Shown: positions 1 through 8,326 of the stretch, in pieces
Layout of the letters: each line of letters starts with the position of its first letter
Numbering within the stretch: the first letter of the stretch is position 1
NCBI GenBank assembly: GCA_026004595.1
Contig: BPJL01000010.1
Location: 1 to 38,495, forward strand
DNA: 38,495 nucleotides
Direction of reading: 5' to 3'
Source: Patescibacteria group bacterium
GTDB taxonomy: Bacteria > Patescibacteriota > WWE3 > UBA101185 > UBA10185
The notes under the pieces: generated by a model
The model's input: only the letters and a program-made list of their open reading frames with translations
Told to the model about the DNA's origin: nothing
The model's database searches: none
Position numbers and translations under genes: made by a program

Positions 1-125
1 GGTACTTAAAAGATTCAAGACACCCTCTTCCTTCTTATAGAATCAGTAAAAAAACAATCCTCATAAATGAAGAAGAATTGATGCAATGGATAGAAGAAAA
101 AGATAAGATAAATAAACATGAATAA
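1..125 (+). CDS. Excisionase/HTH_17-like DNA-binding protein, 5'-partial
   Basis: Own translation from base 3: ...YLKDSRHPLPSYRISKKTILINEEELMQWIEEKDKINKHE*; matches the Xis-type wing plus C-terminal helix pattern. Confidence 0.6.
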   Translation, partial: YLKDSRHPLPSYRISKKTILINEEELMQWIEEKDKINKHE

Positions 126-500
126 ACCTAATGATTTTGAAAGATTGCTTCTTAGCGAAAAAGAAATTGATTTTGATGCCCCAATAGCCAATATAAATAA
201 AGAAAATCTTACTAATATCTCTAAAAAGAAGAAGAATATAATTCCAATGTCCTTATATAAAAAAAATAATATCTTATTAGAACAAATAAAAACAAACGAG
301 GGAAAACTTGGCTTGACAAATTAAGATTAAAAGCAAAAAGATTTGAGAACAAGTTAGATAGAAAAAAAATGGCAGAGAAACTGTTAAATGATATAAAAAA
401 TCCTTCTTTTGTCGAAGTGTACACAAAAATGGATGCCTTAAATGAAGAAATTAGGAAATTAGAGAAACAATACAATCAACCACAAAAGTATGAAATATGA
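118..500 (+). CDS. Hypothetical protein (ORF 118-324 probably continues to 500 via a frameshift near 305)
   Basis: Adding one A in GGAAAACT gives ...EGKTWLDKLRLKAKRFENK...QKYEI*, whose stop overlaps the next ATG (ATGA at 497). Confidence 0.5.
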
Positions 501-727
501 GTTATATCTACATAAACAAGAAAGGCGAAATTAAGCTTCGCAGGGGAACTAAACTTTGGAAACAAACCTTAAAAAAGAACTGGATTAAGATTCTGCATCG
601 GCGACTTGAAACTATGCCTAAAGAATTTAAGCACGATTATACTTGCCCAGAAAAAAGTAAAGAAAAAGAGATTTGGCTTAACCTAAATTTACCTATTGAC
701 AAAAATAAAAATGGTTGTAATATATAA
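497..727 (+). CDS. Hypothetical protein
   Basis: 76-aa ORF coupled by an ATGA overlap. Confidence 0.55.
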   Translation: MSYIYINKKGEIKLRRGTKLWKQTLKKNWIKILHRRLETMPKEFKHDYTCPEKSKEKEIWLNLNLPIDKNKNGCNI

Positions 728-729
728 TT

Positions 730-1050
730 ATGGATATTAATAATATTGAAAAAGAACTTCAAAATATCTCTGACCGCATAGTAGAATTTCTAATAGAAGG
801 GCTTAAGAATGAAAAATTGAGAGTAGAAGTTGATTATTATGTAGCAAAAGTTGTATTGGGTAATTTAGTTTTTAATTTTTGGGTTGCTAATGGTATTACT
901 TCTCTTGAATGCTATGAAAGTGAAAAAAATTCTGTTGATTTATTCCTTTCTGATTCTCAAAAATTAAAATTATGGGAATCATTAATTCCTTATATTGATA
1001 AACAAAGAAATAACAAATATATTTTTGAAAGCAAAAACTATGAAAAATAA
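730..1050 (+). CDS. Hypothetical protein
   Basis: 106-aa ORF abutting its neighbours. Confidence 0.65.
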   Translation: MDINNIEKELQNISDRIVEFLIEGLKNEKLRVEVDYYVAKVVLGNLVFNFWVANGITSLECYESEKNSVDLFLSDSQKLKLWESLIPYIDKQRNNKYIFESKNYEK

Positions 1051-1459
1051 TTTATTATCTTGGTCATTCTACTCTTTGTGGAATGAAGGAATACTTGAAA
1101 CAAGAAAAGAAAGAAAAAACGAACCCAGACATCATATTTGGGCTTCTGAATTGGGCAAGAGTTTCATTGATGTCTTCCTTACATTAAAAGGTGAAGAACC
1201 TTCCAATGATTTTACTGAAACTGCATTAAGGAAATTTGAGGCGGGTAATATCTGGGAGAAAATTCTTGAGGTTGTTCTTGTAAAATCAGGTGTACTGATT
1301 CAAAGCCAAGAATATGTAACTTACGAGATTGACGGTTGTTTACCAGTTACGGGTAGGCTTGATTTTCTAGGCGGGGGTAAAATTAACAAAGAAAAAGCAA
1401 TGAAGAAATTAAAAGATTTTACTTGGCTTCCTGAAAATATCTTGTCTGTAATGCCCTAG
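1040..1459 (+). pseudogene. PD-(D/E)XK (Cas4/RecB-like) phage exonuclease, C-terminally truncated
   Basis: HIWASELG, FEAGNIWE and VTGRLDF motifs present; no ExK motif before the ORF runs into the convergent methyltransferase near 1445. Confidence 0.6.
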
Positions 1460-2220
1460 CGTTTTTAGTAATTTTTGTTTCCTTTGTTGATAAATTAACG
1501 GCATATAACCCTGTTTTTCCCCCTAGTCCTCCTGCGTTTTTAGCAAGTGTTGACGATATTCCTTTGCTATCATATATCCTTTGGCCTTGACTAAACTCTC
1601 TACTCATGTGTTTTTCTCCTTTAAGCCATTTTTTTCTTTGGCCAACGATTCCCGCAAAGTAGGTAAGAGTACCCGAACTGATTTGTCTGATAGGAAATAC
1701 TTGTCCTCTACTTTTTCCTCCAAAATGTCCAACAATGAACACTCTTTCCCTGTTTTGGGGAACTCCAAAGTGCTTGCTATTAAGAACCTGCCATTCAACT
1801 CTATACCCCAAGTCGGAGAGAACCCCAAGTATTGTCTGGAGAGTTTTTCCCTTGTCATGACTAAGCAAACCTTTGACATTTTCAAGTAATAAATATCGGG
1901 GTCTTTTGTGCTTTGCAATCCTAGCGATTTCAAAAAAGAGAGTCTCTCTGGTGTCCCTCAAATCTAAGTCTCTTTCCAGCGACACTAAACGCTTGACAAG
2001 GAAATCCAGCACAGAGTAAATCATGGTCTGGGATTTCATCAGGATTAACTGTTCTGATGTCTCTCGTGTCGATCTCCCCCCAATGCTTTCGGTAGATTGC
2101 TGAGGCGTATTTATCCCACTTGTTTGAATAGATGCATTTATATTCTTTTGATGCCTTTTCAAGTCCATACCTAAACCCTCCTATTCCAGCAAATAGGTCT
2201 ATGAATCTTATTGTTTTCAT
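1419..2220 (-). CDS. dcm: DNA (cytosine-5)-methyltransferase, main chain; frameshift near 1956, C-terminus truncated
   Basis: Motif I DLFAGIGG and IV AGFPCQAFS in ORF 1930-2220; VI LLENVKGL and VIII PQNRERVF in ORF 1419-2168; motif X absent. Confidence 0.9.
1604..1933 (-). CDS. Overprinted alternative-frame polypeptide, M.EcoHK31I beta-subunit-like
   Basis: 109-aa ORF nested in the MTase in another frame, with EFPKTGKECSLLDILEEKVEDKYFLS. Confidence 0.6.
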   Translation of the reverse strand: MKSLGLQSTKDPDIYYLKMSKVCLVMTREKLSRQYLGFSPTWGIELNGRFLIASTLEFPKTGKECSLLDILEEKVEDKYFLSDKSVRVLLPTLRESLAKEKNGLKEKNT

Positions 2221-2372
2221 TTTTCATTTTTTCTCTTTTTCAAAGAATTTTTTTTAATCTTTGTTGTTGCTCTTGGACAGCAGCATTAAAGCCCCACCTC
2301 AGCCACCATAGCGTTGAATAATGTTTTCTTTTCAACACTTCTCGCCTCCGCTGTGGTTTTGGCTATCCCGCT

Positions 2373-2636
2373 TTAAGACAAAATCTCATTTTTCCTCTTT
2401 TTTTGGAGATGATAATCCTTTCGAATAAAGGCCGGTATGTCGAGATAATCTTCTTCTTTGACTAACCAAGCTATGGTTTTGAATTTTATTTTTTTTTCCA
2501 TTTCTTGTTTTTTTTCATAATTTCTATTTCTCTTTTTTCAGCTGGTAGCCAACCTTTTTTTTACCCATTTAAACAGTCTATAATAGTTTTGGCCGTATTT
2601 TTTTGCTAATTCTGATATTCTCATTATTCTACTCAT
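2373..2636 (-). CDS. MerR/excisionase-type winged-HTH protein with an FtsZ-tail-like peptide (interrupted at poly-A runs)
   Basis: Own translation MSRIMRISELAKKYGQNYYRLFKWVKK(G)WLPAEKRE...AWLVKEEDYLDIPAFIRK; continuous if one A is removed from each of three A8/A9 runs; 2501-2373 is an open 42-aa ORF as sequenced. Confidence 0.6.
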
Positions 2637-2686
2637 ATAATACGAGTCAGCCTATCCCCTGCATTATCAGCTGACTCGTCTTATAT
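2635..2686. other. Long stem-loop in the leader of the HTH gene
   Basis: ATATAA-t-ACGAGTCAGC / GCTGACTCGT-c-TTATAT inverted repeat with an 18-nt loop. Confidence 0.7.
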
Positions 2687-2702
2687 AAATAGACATAGGT
2701 AT

Positions 2703-2731
2703 ATGATATTGTTGTTTTATTTTTTTGTCAA
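2703..2731 (-). promoter_or_regulatory. Sigma70-type promoter
   Basis: TTGACA-17-TATCAT on the minus strand. Confidence 0.7.
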
Positions 2732-2916
2732 GGTGTTTTTTTTCTAATTTCTGACAAAAAAAACAAAGTGGCCGGCCAAAAAACTTGGTACTGTATATTA
2801 GTTGTTTTTTTGGTCATTGTCTTGAAGCATAGAGAACAAGTCTCGTTGCTCCATCCGCTAAATTTTGTTTGTTTTGTTACCGCCCCTTTGGGGGGGCGGT
2901 AACTGAAATTAGCCAT
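2728..2916 (-). CDS. Small hypothetical protein with CxxC
   Basis: ATG 2916 overlaps the upstream stop and follows GGAGG; CSLC motif. Confidence 0.4.
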   Translation of the reverse strand: MANFSYRPPKGAVTKQTKFSGWSNETCSLCFKTMTKKTTNIQYQVFWPATLFFLSEIRKKTP

Positions 2917-3444
2917 TCTTTCTTTCCTCCTTTTCTTCAATTGTATCGGCTGAAACCTCTTCAGCGGATACCTCCCCGCCTCCAACCAGATTAGAAACTG
3001 CCCGATTGAAGGCTCTGGTTTCAGCTGTTGCTCTAATGTTGTGAATAGAATTGGGATTTGCCGGTCTTCCGAACTTATCTACATACTCGCCGTTTTTCTT
3101 GAATGCTTTCTCAAAAGCATCACAAGATCCAACACCGATAGCACTTCTACCATTAGGGGCTATAGCTCGGCAAGTAAAATGCCAAACAAAGGTCTTCCCT
3201 ATCTTTTCGCATCTTTCTTCCACCACCTCGACTGAGAGATTGAAAAATGTTGCTATTTTCCGCCAGTAACTTTTTTTCAAAAATTCTTTCCCTTCTATTT
3301 TATGTACGTCCTGGGGTTCAATTATTGCTTTTTTTAAGTTTTTGGTAGTCTTGCCATGCTTTTATAGCTTCATCGGGTGAAACTGCCGGCAAGACAATGT
3401 TTGTTGTTTTTGTTTCAACTATTTTTTGTTTTTTTTTCCGCCAT
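2909..3444 (-). CDS. Putative single-strand annealing/recombination protein (Rad52/Sak/ERF-like), frameshifted in the N-terminal part
   Basis: Strong RBS AAAGGAGGTGA before ATG 3444; RAIAPNGRSAIGVGSC and ATAETRAFNRAVSNLVG...VSAEE motifs. Confidence 0.55.
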
Positions 3445-3462
3445 GTTTTTCACCTCCTTTCT

Positions 3463-4005
3463 TTATATATTCATACATTTTCCCGCTGTCCATCTTTTAA
3501 AAGTTTTATTGTCGTTTAGATACATCCGGTATGCATAATCTATGTTGGTTTGCCAATTGAAGGCTTCATCGTCTGTTAGCGGGTGGTATTTGTTATTGAT
3601 TTGAAATATGCCCCTGTCTCTGCTTCCGTCTTTGTTGACATTGACTGCGTAGGGGTCAAGATTGGGATTTTCACCTCCACATTGACCATCACCTCGAAGC
3701 AGAAGCATTGCTTTTTCATAATCATCTTTGAATTTTATTTGGATATAATCTTCTATTTCTTCTTTTTGTGTTTTCTGACGTTCTGTATTGGATTCTAACG
3801 GGTCTTGTTGTTTTTGATTGACCATCCCATTATCTTTTGGTTTTTTCGCGGTTTCTGATTGATTTGGTGAGGTTTCAACCTCACTATAATTTGCATATAT
3901 TTCTTCTGGGTGTTTCATCCTTTGAATATCCCACCCCCAAAAGGCTACTGTGATGAATATAGATATGATTATCGGTAGTTCTTTTTGTAGTTGTTGGTTA
4001 ATCAT
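3463..4005 (-). CDS. Membrane-anchored lytic transglycosylase (lysozyme-like/SLT)
   Basis: N-terminal hydrophobic helix; GEN...AVNVNKDGSRDRGIFQIN...NIDYAYRMY...W lysozyme-fold motifs. Confidence 0.8.
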   Translation of the reverse strand: MINQQLQKELPIIISIFITVAFWGWDIQRMKHPEEIYANYSEVETSPNQSETAKKPKDNGMVNQKQQDPLESNTERQKTQKEEIEDYIQIKFKDDYEKAMLLLRGDGQCGGENPNLDPYAVNVNKDGSRDRGIFQINNKYHPLTDDEAFNWQTNIDYAYRMYLNDNKTFKRWTAGKCMNI

Positions 4006-4012
4006 TAACTAT

Positions 4013-4090
4013 ATAATAATACATATTGTGATTTTGTCAAGTGGTAAAATTAGTGGTTGACAAATTATTAAGTGTATTGTATATATAATA
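4013..4090. promoter_or_regulatory. Divergent back-to-back sigma70 promoters
   Basis: TTGACA on - at 4040-4035 (16 bp to TATTAT) and TTGACA on + at 4057-4062 (17 bp to TATATA), between divergent operons. Confidence 0.6.
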
Positions 4091-4092
4091 CA

Positions 4093-4263
4093 ATGATTAC
4101 AAAAAGTAAAAAAATAAAAACGAGATTCAAAAGACTTTCAGTGATACTCTCAATTAGATTCACTCCACAAATTTATGAAACATTACAAAAAAAAGCAATT
4201 GAGCAACAGAGACCAATCTCCGAGATCGTAAGAGAAGCTGTAGAAAAATATATTCAAGTATGA
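4093..4263 (+). CDS. Ribbon-helix-helix (CopG/Arc-like) regulator
   Basis: LSIRFTPQIYETLQKKAIEQQRPISEIVREAVEKY RHH pattern. Confidence 0.8.
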   Translation: MITKSKKIKTRFKRLSVILSIRFTPQIYETLQKKAIEQQRPISEIVREAVEKYIQV

Positions 4264-4979
4264 AAAAGCAAAAAAAACAAACAACAGGATGGTGTTTAAT
4301 CCCGCCTTATATATTGGCAAGAGAAGACCTAACTATGAGTGAAAAGGTGGTTTATGGGCGCATTTTGGGCTTGGTTAACAAAAAGGGATACTGCTATGCA
4401 ACAAATAAATGGTTAGGTAAGCAAGTTGGTTTAGCCTCTGGGACTATAGCTAATATAGTATCCAAACTAAAGGATAAAAAGCTGGTTTATGTAGAAGTTA
4501 TCAGGGACCAAAACAATAAAGTAACAGAAAGACGCATTTTTGTACCTAGTTTCATTCCTGAGTGGGGAGGTATTCACTCAGGAGTGAATAGGGGTATTCA
4601 CTCAGAAGTGAAAGAGAGTAATAGAGATATAGAGGGTAGAAAAGAGTATATATATTATCAGCAGCAAGCTGCTGACGAAGATAAAAATTCTTTTAATAAT
4701 GTAAAAGGATTTTCTACCTTACGAGAATCTCTTTCTTCCATTGATCTCTCCAAAAAGACCTCTCATGGCGGAGCACACTACGAGTGGCAAGACCACGCAA
4801 TAAGAGCAGCTAAATTTCTTGGCTTTAAACCAACAAAAAGTTGGTTCAAACTTTTCCGTGAAGCATATAAAAAGGGACAAAAAGGACTCATTTTGTCAAC
4901 CTTTGCGACGGTTGCAGATGCTGCTAATGCAAATGATCCAGAGAGGTATTTTTATAAGGTTTTTAACTCAAAATCATGA
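4260..4979 (+). CDS. Phage replication initiator (N-terminal HTH, lambda O-like organisation)
   Basis: IPPYILAREDLTMSEKVVYGRI...GYCYATNKWLG HTH; internal iteron repeats. Confidence 0.8.
   Translation: MKKQKKQTTGWCLIPPYILAREDLTMSEKVVYGRILGLVNKKGYCYATNKWLGKQVGLASGTIANIVSKLKDKKLVYVEVIRDQNNKVTERRIFVPSFIPEWGGIHSGVNRGIHSEVKESNRDIEGRKEYIYYQQQAADEDKNSFNNVKGFSTLRESLSSIDLSKKTSHGGAHYEWQDHAIRAAKFLGFKPTKSWFKLFREAYKKGQKGLILSTFATVADAANANDPERYFYKVFNSKS
4551..4660. repeat. Iteron-like repeats, probable replication origin
   Basis: GGTATTCACTCAG(G/A)AGTGAA at 4569-4588 and 4593-4612, a degenerate copy at 4551-4564, then a purine/AT-rich tract. Confidence 0.7.
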
Positions 4980-5188
4980 CCAAAATAGAAGAAATAAAAC
5001 AAAAAATGAATAAACTAGTAAAAAAATGGCAAGGAAAGCCAGAAGCACCATTCATGTCCAAGGAATACATCGAAAGAAGAATGGACAGGATTTTATACCG
5101 AAAACTACTTGCGAAGCTAAATCAGTTAGAAAAACAAACAGAAATTATTGAAGAAGCCAAAAAGATTTTTGAGATAGGGGAGAAATGA
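4976..5188 (+). CDS. Hypothetical protein
   Basis: 70-aa ORF, ATGA coupling at both ends. Confidence 0.65.
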   Translation: MTKIEEIKQKMNKLVKKWQGKPEAPFMSKEYIERRMDRILYRKLLAKLNQLEKQTEIIEEAKKIFEIGEK

Positions 5189-5409
5189 AAATTTTTAACC
5201 GATTCAAAAAAAGAAAGAGACTATATACCGTTTTGCTCACTGAAGACCAGCTGAAATTTTTAATGAAATATTGTCCATCAGGAGGTTGGTTTGGGGAGTA
5301 TTGTAAAAACAGCGAACTTTTCAAGGATAGAGTCTGTAAACAAAATGGTGCTAAATATAAAGCGGGAGAGGTTTGCGTATGTTTTCAGAGACAAGAAAAC
5401 AACCAATAA
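5185..5409 (+). CDS. Hypothetical Cys-rich protein
   Basis: 74-aa ORF with several Cys, ATGA coupled. Confidence 0.55.
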   Translation: MKIFNRFKKRKRLYTVLLTEDQLKFLMKYCPSGGWFGEYCKNSELFKDRVCKQNGAKYKAGEVCVCFQRQENNQ

Positions 5410-5499
5410 ATATATGAAAAACTTTTTGGACAAAACATCAACAAAAATGAAAACAATAGTTATAAAAAACGAAATGGCAAATTTGATAAAACAAAACAT

Positions 5500-5577
5500 G
5501 CAAGTCCGATGATGTTTGCTTGGTTTGTTTGGGAAAAAGGGTTTAGGGGCGAGCCTGTTATCAGATGGTTAGATTAG
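5500..5577 (+). pseudogene. Orphan C-terminal fragment resembling phage DNA methyltransferase-like proteins
   Basis: Reads SPMMFAWFVWEKGFRGEPVIRWLD* with no recognisable N-terminal part. Confidence 0.45.
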
Positions 5578-5682
5578 AACATATTTTTTACCAAAAAAGA
5601 GGGTGAAATTATGTCAGATTTAATAGACAAAGAAATCTTGGAAGATATAGTTGGTTATACATAAAGAACTAAAGGAGGAAAA

Positions 5683-5922
5683 ATGAAATATAGCACAACT
5701 GATGGCAGAGAGTGGTTTAAATCAGACATGTGTTTTTGTTGTCGAGTGGATACCGCCGGGAATCACGAATTGAATTGTCCGAATAATTTTAGTAGGGAGA
5801 AAAATGAAAAGAAGGGGGGTGAAATTATGTCAGAAGGAGGAAAAATGAGCAAGAACAAAGCGGAGTTTAATTTTACCGTTTTTGTTTATGTAAATACAGC
5901 TCATATTCTTTATAAAACCTAA
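5683..5922 (+). CDS. Hypothetical protein (CxCC..H...C)
   Basis: RBS AAGGAGG; putative Zn-binding N-terminal half. Confidence 0.45.
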   Translation: MKYSTTDGREWFKSDMCFCCRVDTAGNHELNCPNNFSREKNEKKGGEIMSEGGKMSKNKAEFNFTVFVYVNTAHILYKT

Positions 5923-6379
5923 TCAGCCCTTTTATGTTTCTGTTTTTAACATCTTCTCTGATTTTTTTCAACTCTTCAGCCGTCCATTCCCTAAATTGAT
6001 TTTTAGCAAACAAGAGGTAGTCATATCTTTCAGGGTATTTAGCTTTGAACCACTCCATCGCTTCAAGTGGAGAATCGTGCCAAAACCAACGGTGGCAACG
6101 GGAATCCATCGGCAAAACATTTAAGAAGTCAAATCTCAAGTGGTCGCAACTCCCACGAGAGAGGACATGGGAACAGTCCATCTTTTCAAAATACTTACCG
6201 CAATAAGCACATGGTTGTCCTTCGGTTATCATTCGATTGAATTCAATTTGAATTTGTTTTTTGAGAATTTTGATGTCATTTTCAAAGTAAAGGGTTTTGT
6301 GTTCCTTTGAGCAGAAGTGTTTTTTACCCTTTTTGTAGGGACATTTTGAACGCTTGAGGCAGTAGGCACACTTTTTCAT
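5873..6379 (-). CDS. NinG/Rap-like HNH endonuclease with N-terminal Zn finger
   Basis: CAYC...FCS..H finger; PCAYCG...MDCSHVLSRG...LRFD..N....CH NinG pattern. Confidence 0.8.
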   Translation of the reverse strand: MKKCAYCLKRSKCPYKKGKKHFCSKEHKTLYFENDIKILKKQIQIEFNRMITEGQPCAYCGKYFEKMDCSHVLSRGSCDHLRFDFLNVLPMDSRCHRWFWHDSPLEAMEWFKAKYPERYDYLLFAKNQFREWTAEELKKIREDVKNRNIKGLIRFYKEYELYLHKQKR

Positions 6380-6666
6380 AGGCTTTCTCGTAATTTACTC
6401 CAGCTTATGTTTTTCCCAAACGGGAGCAAGTCCAAATCTGGATATTTCTTATAAAATAAAATTTCATCCTACAATTCGTCAACTTCAACATCTAGAAATT
6501 TAGCAATCATTTAATTCTTGTAAAGGTTTATCCATTTTTCTTAGTCTGCGACGCAATAAACACTTCAATGTAGCATTAGAGTCGCATAGATTGTGCCTTT
6601 TTCATGGTCTTTTTTCTTTCTTGCGACGCTGCTACGTTATTTATGGCTTTAGAATAAAAATACCAC

Positions 6667-6695
6667 TTGACAAAATGACTAATATATATTATGAT
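6667..6695 (+). promoter_or_regulatory. Sigma70 promoter, likely leaderless mRNA
   Basis: TTGACA-17-TATGAT, then 6 nt to ATG 6702. Confidence 0.7.
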
Positions 6696-6701
6696 TGAAT
6701 C

Positions 6702-7361
6702 ATGAAAACAAAATTGAAAAAAGCAGCAGAAAAATTGAATGCTGCGCTGAGTAAAAAAAGAAAAATAATTATCATAAACAAATGGGATCAATTATGGTCT
6801 GATCTAAGCTGCGGATCTTTGCCCGATCTTAAACCGCCCAGTTGGGAGGAGTTAGAAAGTGAAATATGGCATGAGCTAAAATCTGAATTTTTTTCAGAAA
6901 TAGAAAAAGAAATAGGACAAACAGCGTATATACAACTTGAAAGAGAATTTTTTTCACAATTATGTTGTGAAAAAGAATTGTGGTCAGAATTGAAAAAAGA
7001 ATTAGATTATGCATTAGAACCCGAAGATCCAGACGATATAGGGTCAGAAACCTGGAAATATTATGACAATGATTGGGTTCTGTTTGCGCTACAACGATAC
7101 CCCCACTTATCAGTATTCCAAAAAAACAAAGAAAAAGTTGAGGCTATCAGAGATATAGTTGAGGCTGGTAATGCTTATATTTGGCTCAGTTCGGAGAGAA
7201 TGTATCTTTTGCCGATGCCGGAAGAAATTCACAGAAATGACCAAAAAAAGCTCCATAATGAACAAGGTTATGCCCTGAGTTGGGCGGGTCAAAAAACTTA
7301 TTGGTTGAATGGAGTGAAATTAGAAAAAACCATCTGGGAAAAAATGAGGAGAAAAAATTAG
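6702..7361 (+). CDS. Hypothetical protein, DUF6745-like C-terminal domain
   Basis: KLHNEQGYALSWAGQKTYWLNGV motif preceded by L(W/F)S(E/Q)L repeats. Confidence 0.6.
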   Translation: MKTKLKKAAEKLNAALSKKRKIIIINKWDQLWSDLSCGSLPDLKPPSWEELESEIWHELKSEFFSEIEKEIGQTAYIQLEREFFSQLCCEKELWSELKKELDYALEPEDPDDIGSETWKYYDNDWVLFALQRYPHLSVFQKNKEKVEAIRDIVEAGNAYIWLSSERMYLLPMPEEIHRNDQKKLHNEQGYALSWAGQKTYWLNGVKLEKTIWEKMRRKN

Positions 7362-7445
7362 AAGCAATTAATAGGATGAGATTATGTATTGTCTCACTTC
7401 TTTGACCATCTTATTTGTGCGGCTTTTTTAGCCATTTTTTTGAGT

Positions 7446-7901
7446 TTATCTTTGTTTTTTTTTGGCATTGACTAAACCCGCTTTGCGGGCTTTTTCACGG
7501 CGGGATACTTCTAGCCAAGTATTCCATATCAAATCAAGAAGAATTAACATTATAGGTTGCCAAAATAGCCAACTAGTCAATGCACCAGTTGATAAAATGT
7601 AGCTTTTTTCTTTTGCTAATTCTTTAGTTGTCATTTTTTGAAATCTTTTTTTTAAAATCGGTAGGACTTTTTTTTTGATTTTTACAATGAACTTTTTTTT
7701 ACTTTTTTTGATTATTTCTTCTTTAATCTCTAACTTTTCGAGAGTGCTTAATTTATTCCACTCATGGTGTGGGATATCAGGAGGAATATAGTCGTCATCG
7801 CTGATTTTGTTTTCTTCCCTAATATATTTATAAAATTGTTCTTTGAATTCGGGGAATTTTTTGAGAAATTCTTTATTTTTTTGTATGTGTTGTATGATCA
7901 T
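7446..7901 (-). CDS. Hypothetical Lys-rich protein
   Basis: Likely start ATG 7901 (MIIQHIQK); the upstream extension in the track overlaps the 8027 gene. Confidence 0.55.
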   Translation of the reverse strand: MIIQHIQKNKEFLKKFPEFKEQFYKYIREENKISDDDYIPPDIPHHEWNKLSTLEKLEIKEEIIKKSKKKFIVKIKKKVLPILKKRFQKMTTKELAKEKSYILSTGALTSWLFWQPIMLILLDLIWNTWLEVSRREKARKAGLVNAKKKQR

Positions 7902-8026
7902 GGTTTTATAGTCTTGGGGCGAGCCGTATGCACCGGTAATTACTACTCCATACCAGCTCGAACAGAAACTGGGGCAACTTTTGATTTTCCTTGCCAATAA
8001 AAAGAAGAAAGGGGGTGGGTTTGTCG

Positions 8027-8326
8027 ATGCAACCAACCTATAAGGAGGAGTGGATTGTGAAAGTTGGCAAAGAGGCTTTTGTTCTTGACGAGAGGCAGAT
8101 TGTTGTCTTGAAGGAAGCAATGAAGACAAACAACAGGTGGGTAAGTTTTGAAAAATTTATTATTTCTATACCACATATTGAGTGTATTTATCTAAACAGA
8201 AGAGAAGTTGCAAACCAACTGCCTGAAGGCAAGAAAGAAGATGAGAACTTTAAGCCCATTCCATCCGAGAAGTGGAAGAAAATGAAGGAGGAAATTTACC
8301 AAAAAGCGGGAAGGAGTGTTGCTTAA
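8027..8326 (+). CDS. Hypothetical protein
   Basis: GGGGGTG RBS-like sequence, ATG 8027, 99 aa. Confidence 0.6.
   Translation: MQPTYKEEWIVKVGKEAFVLDERQIVVLKEAMKTNNRWVSFEKFIISIPHIECIYLNRREVANQLPEGKKEDENFKPIPSEKWKKMKEEIYQKAGRSVA

Noticed and set aside
1040-1459. Cas4-like gene as part of a CRISPR-Cas locus
   Set aside because: Common stand-alone phage nuclease family; truncated, no other cas genes, 36 kb from the repeat
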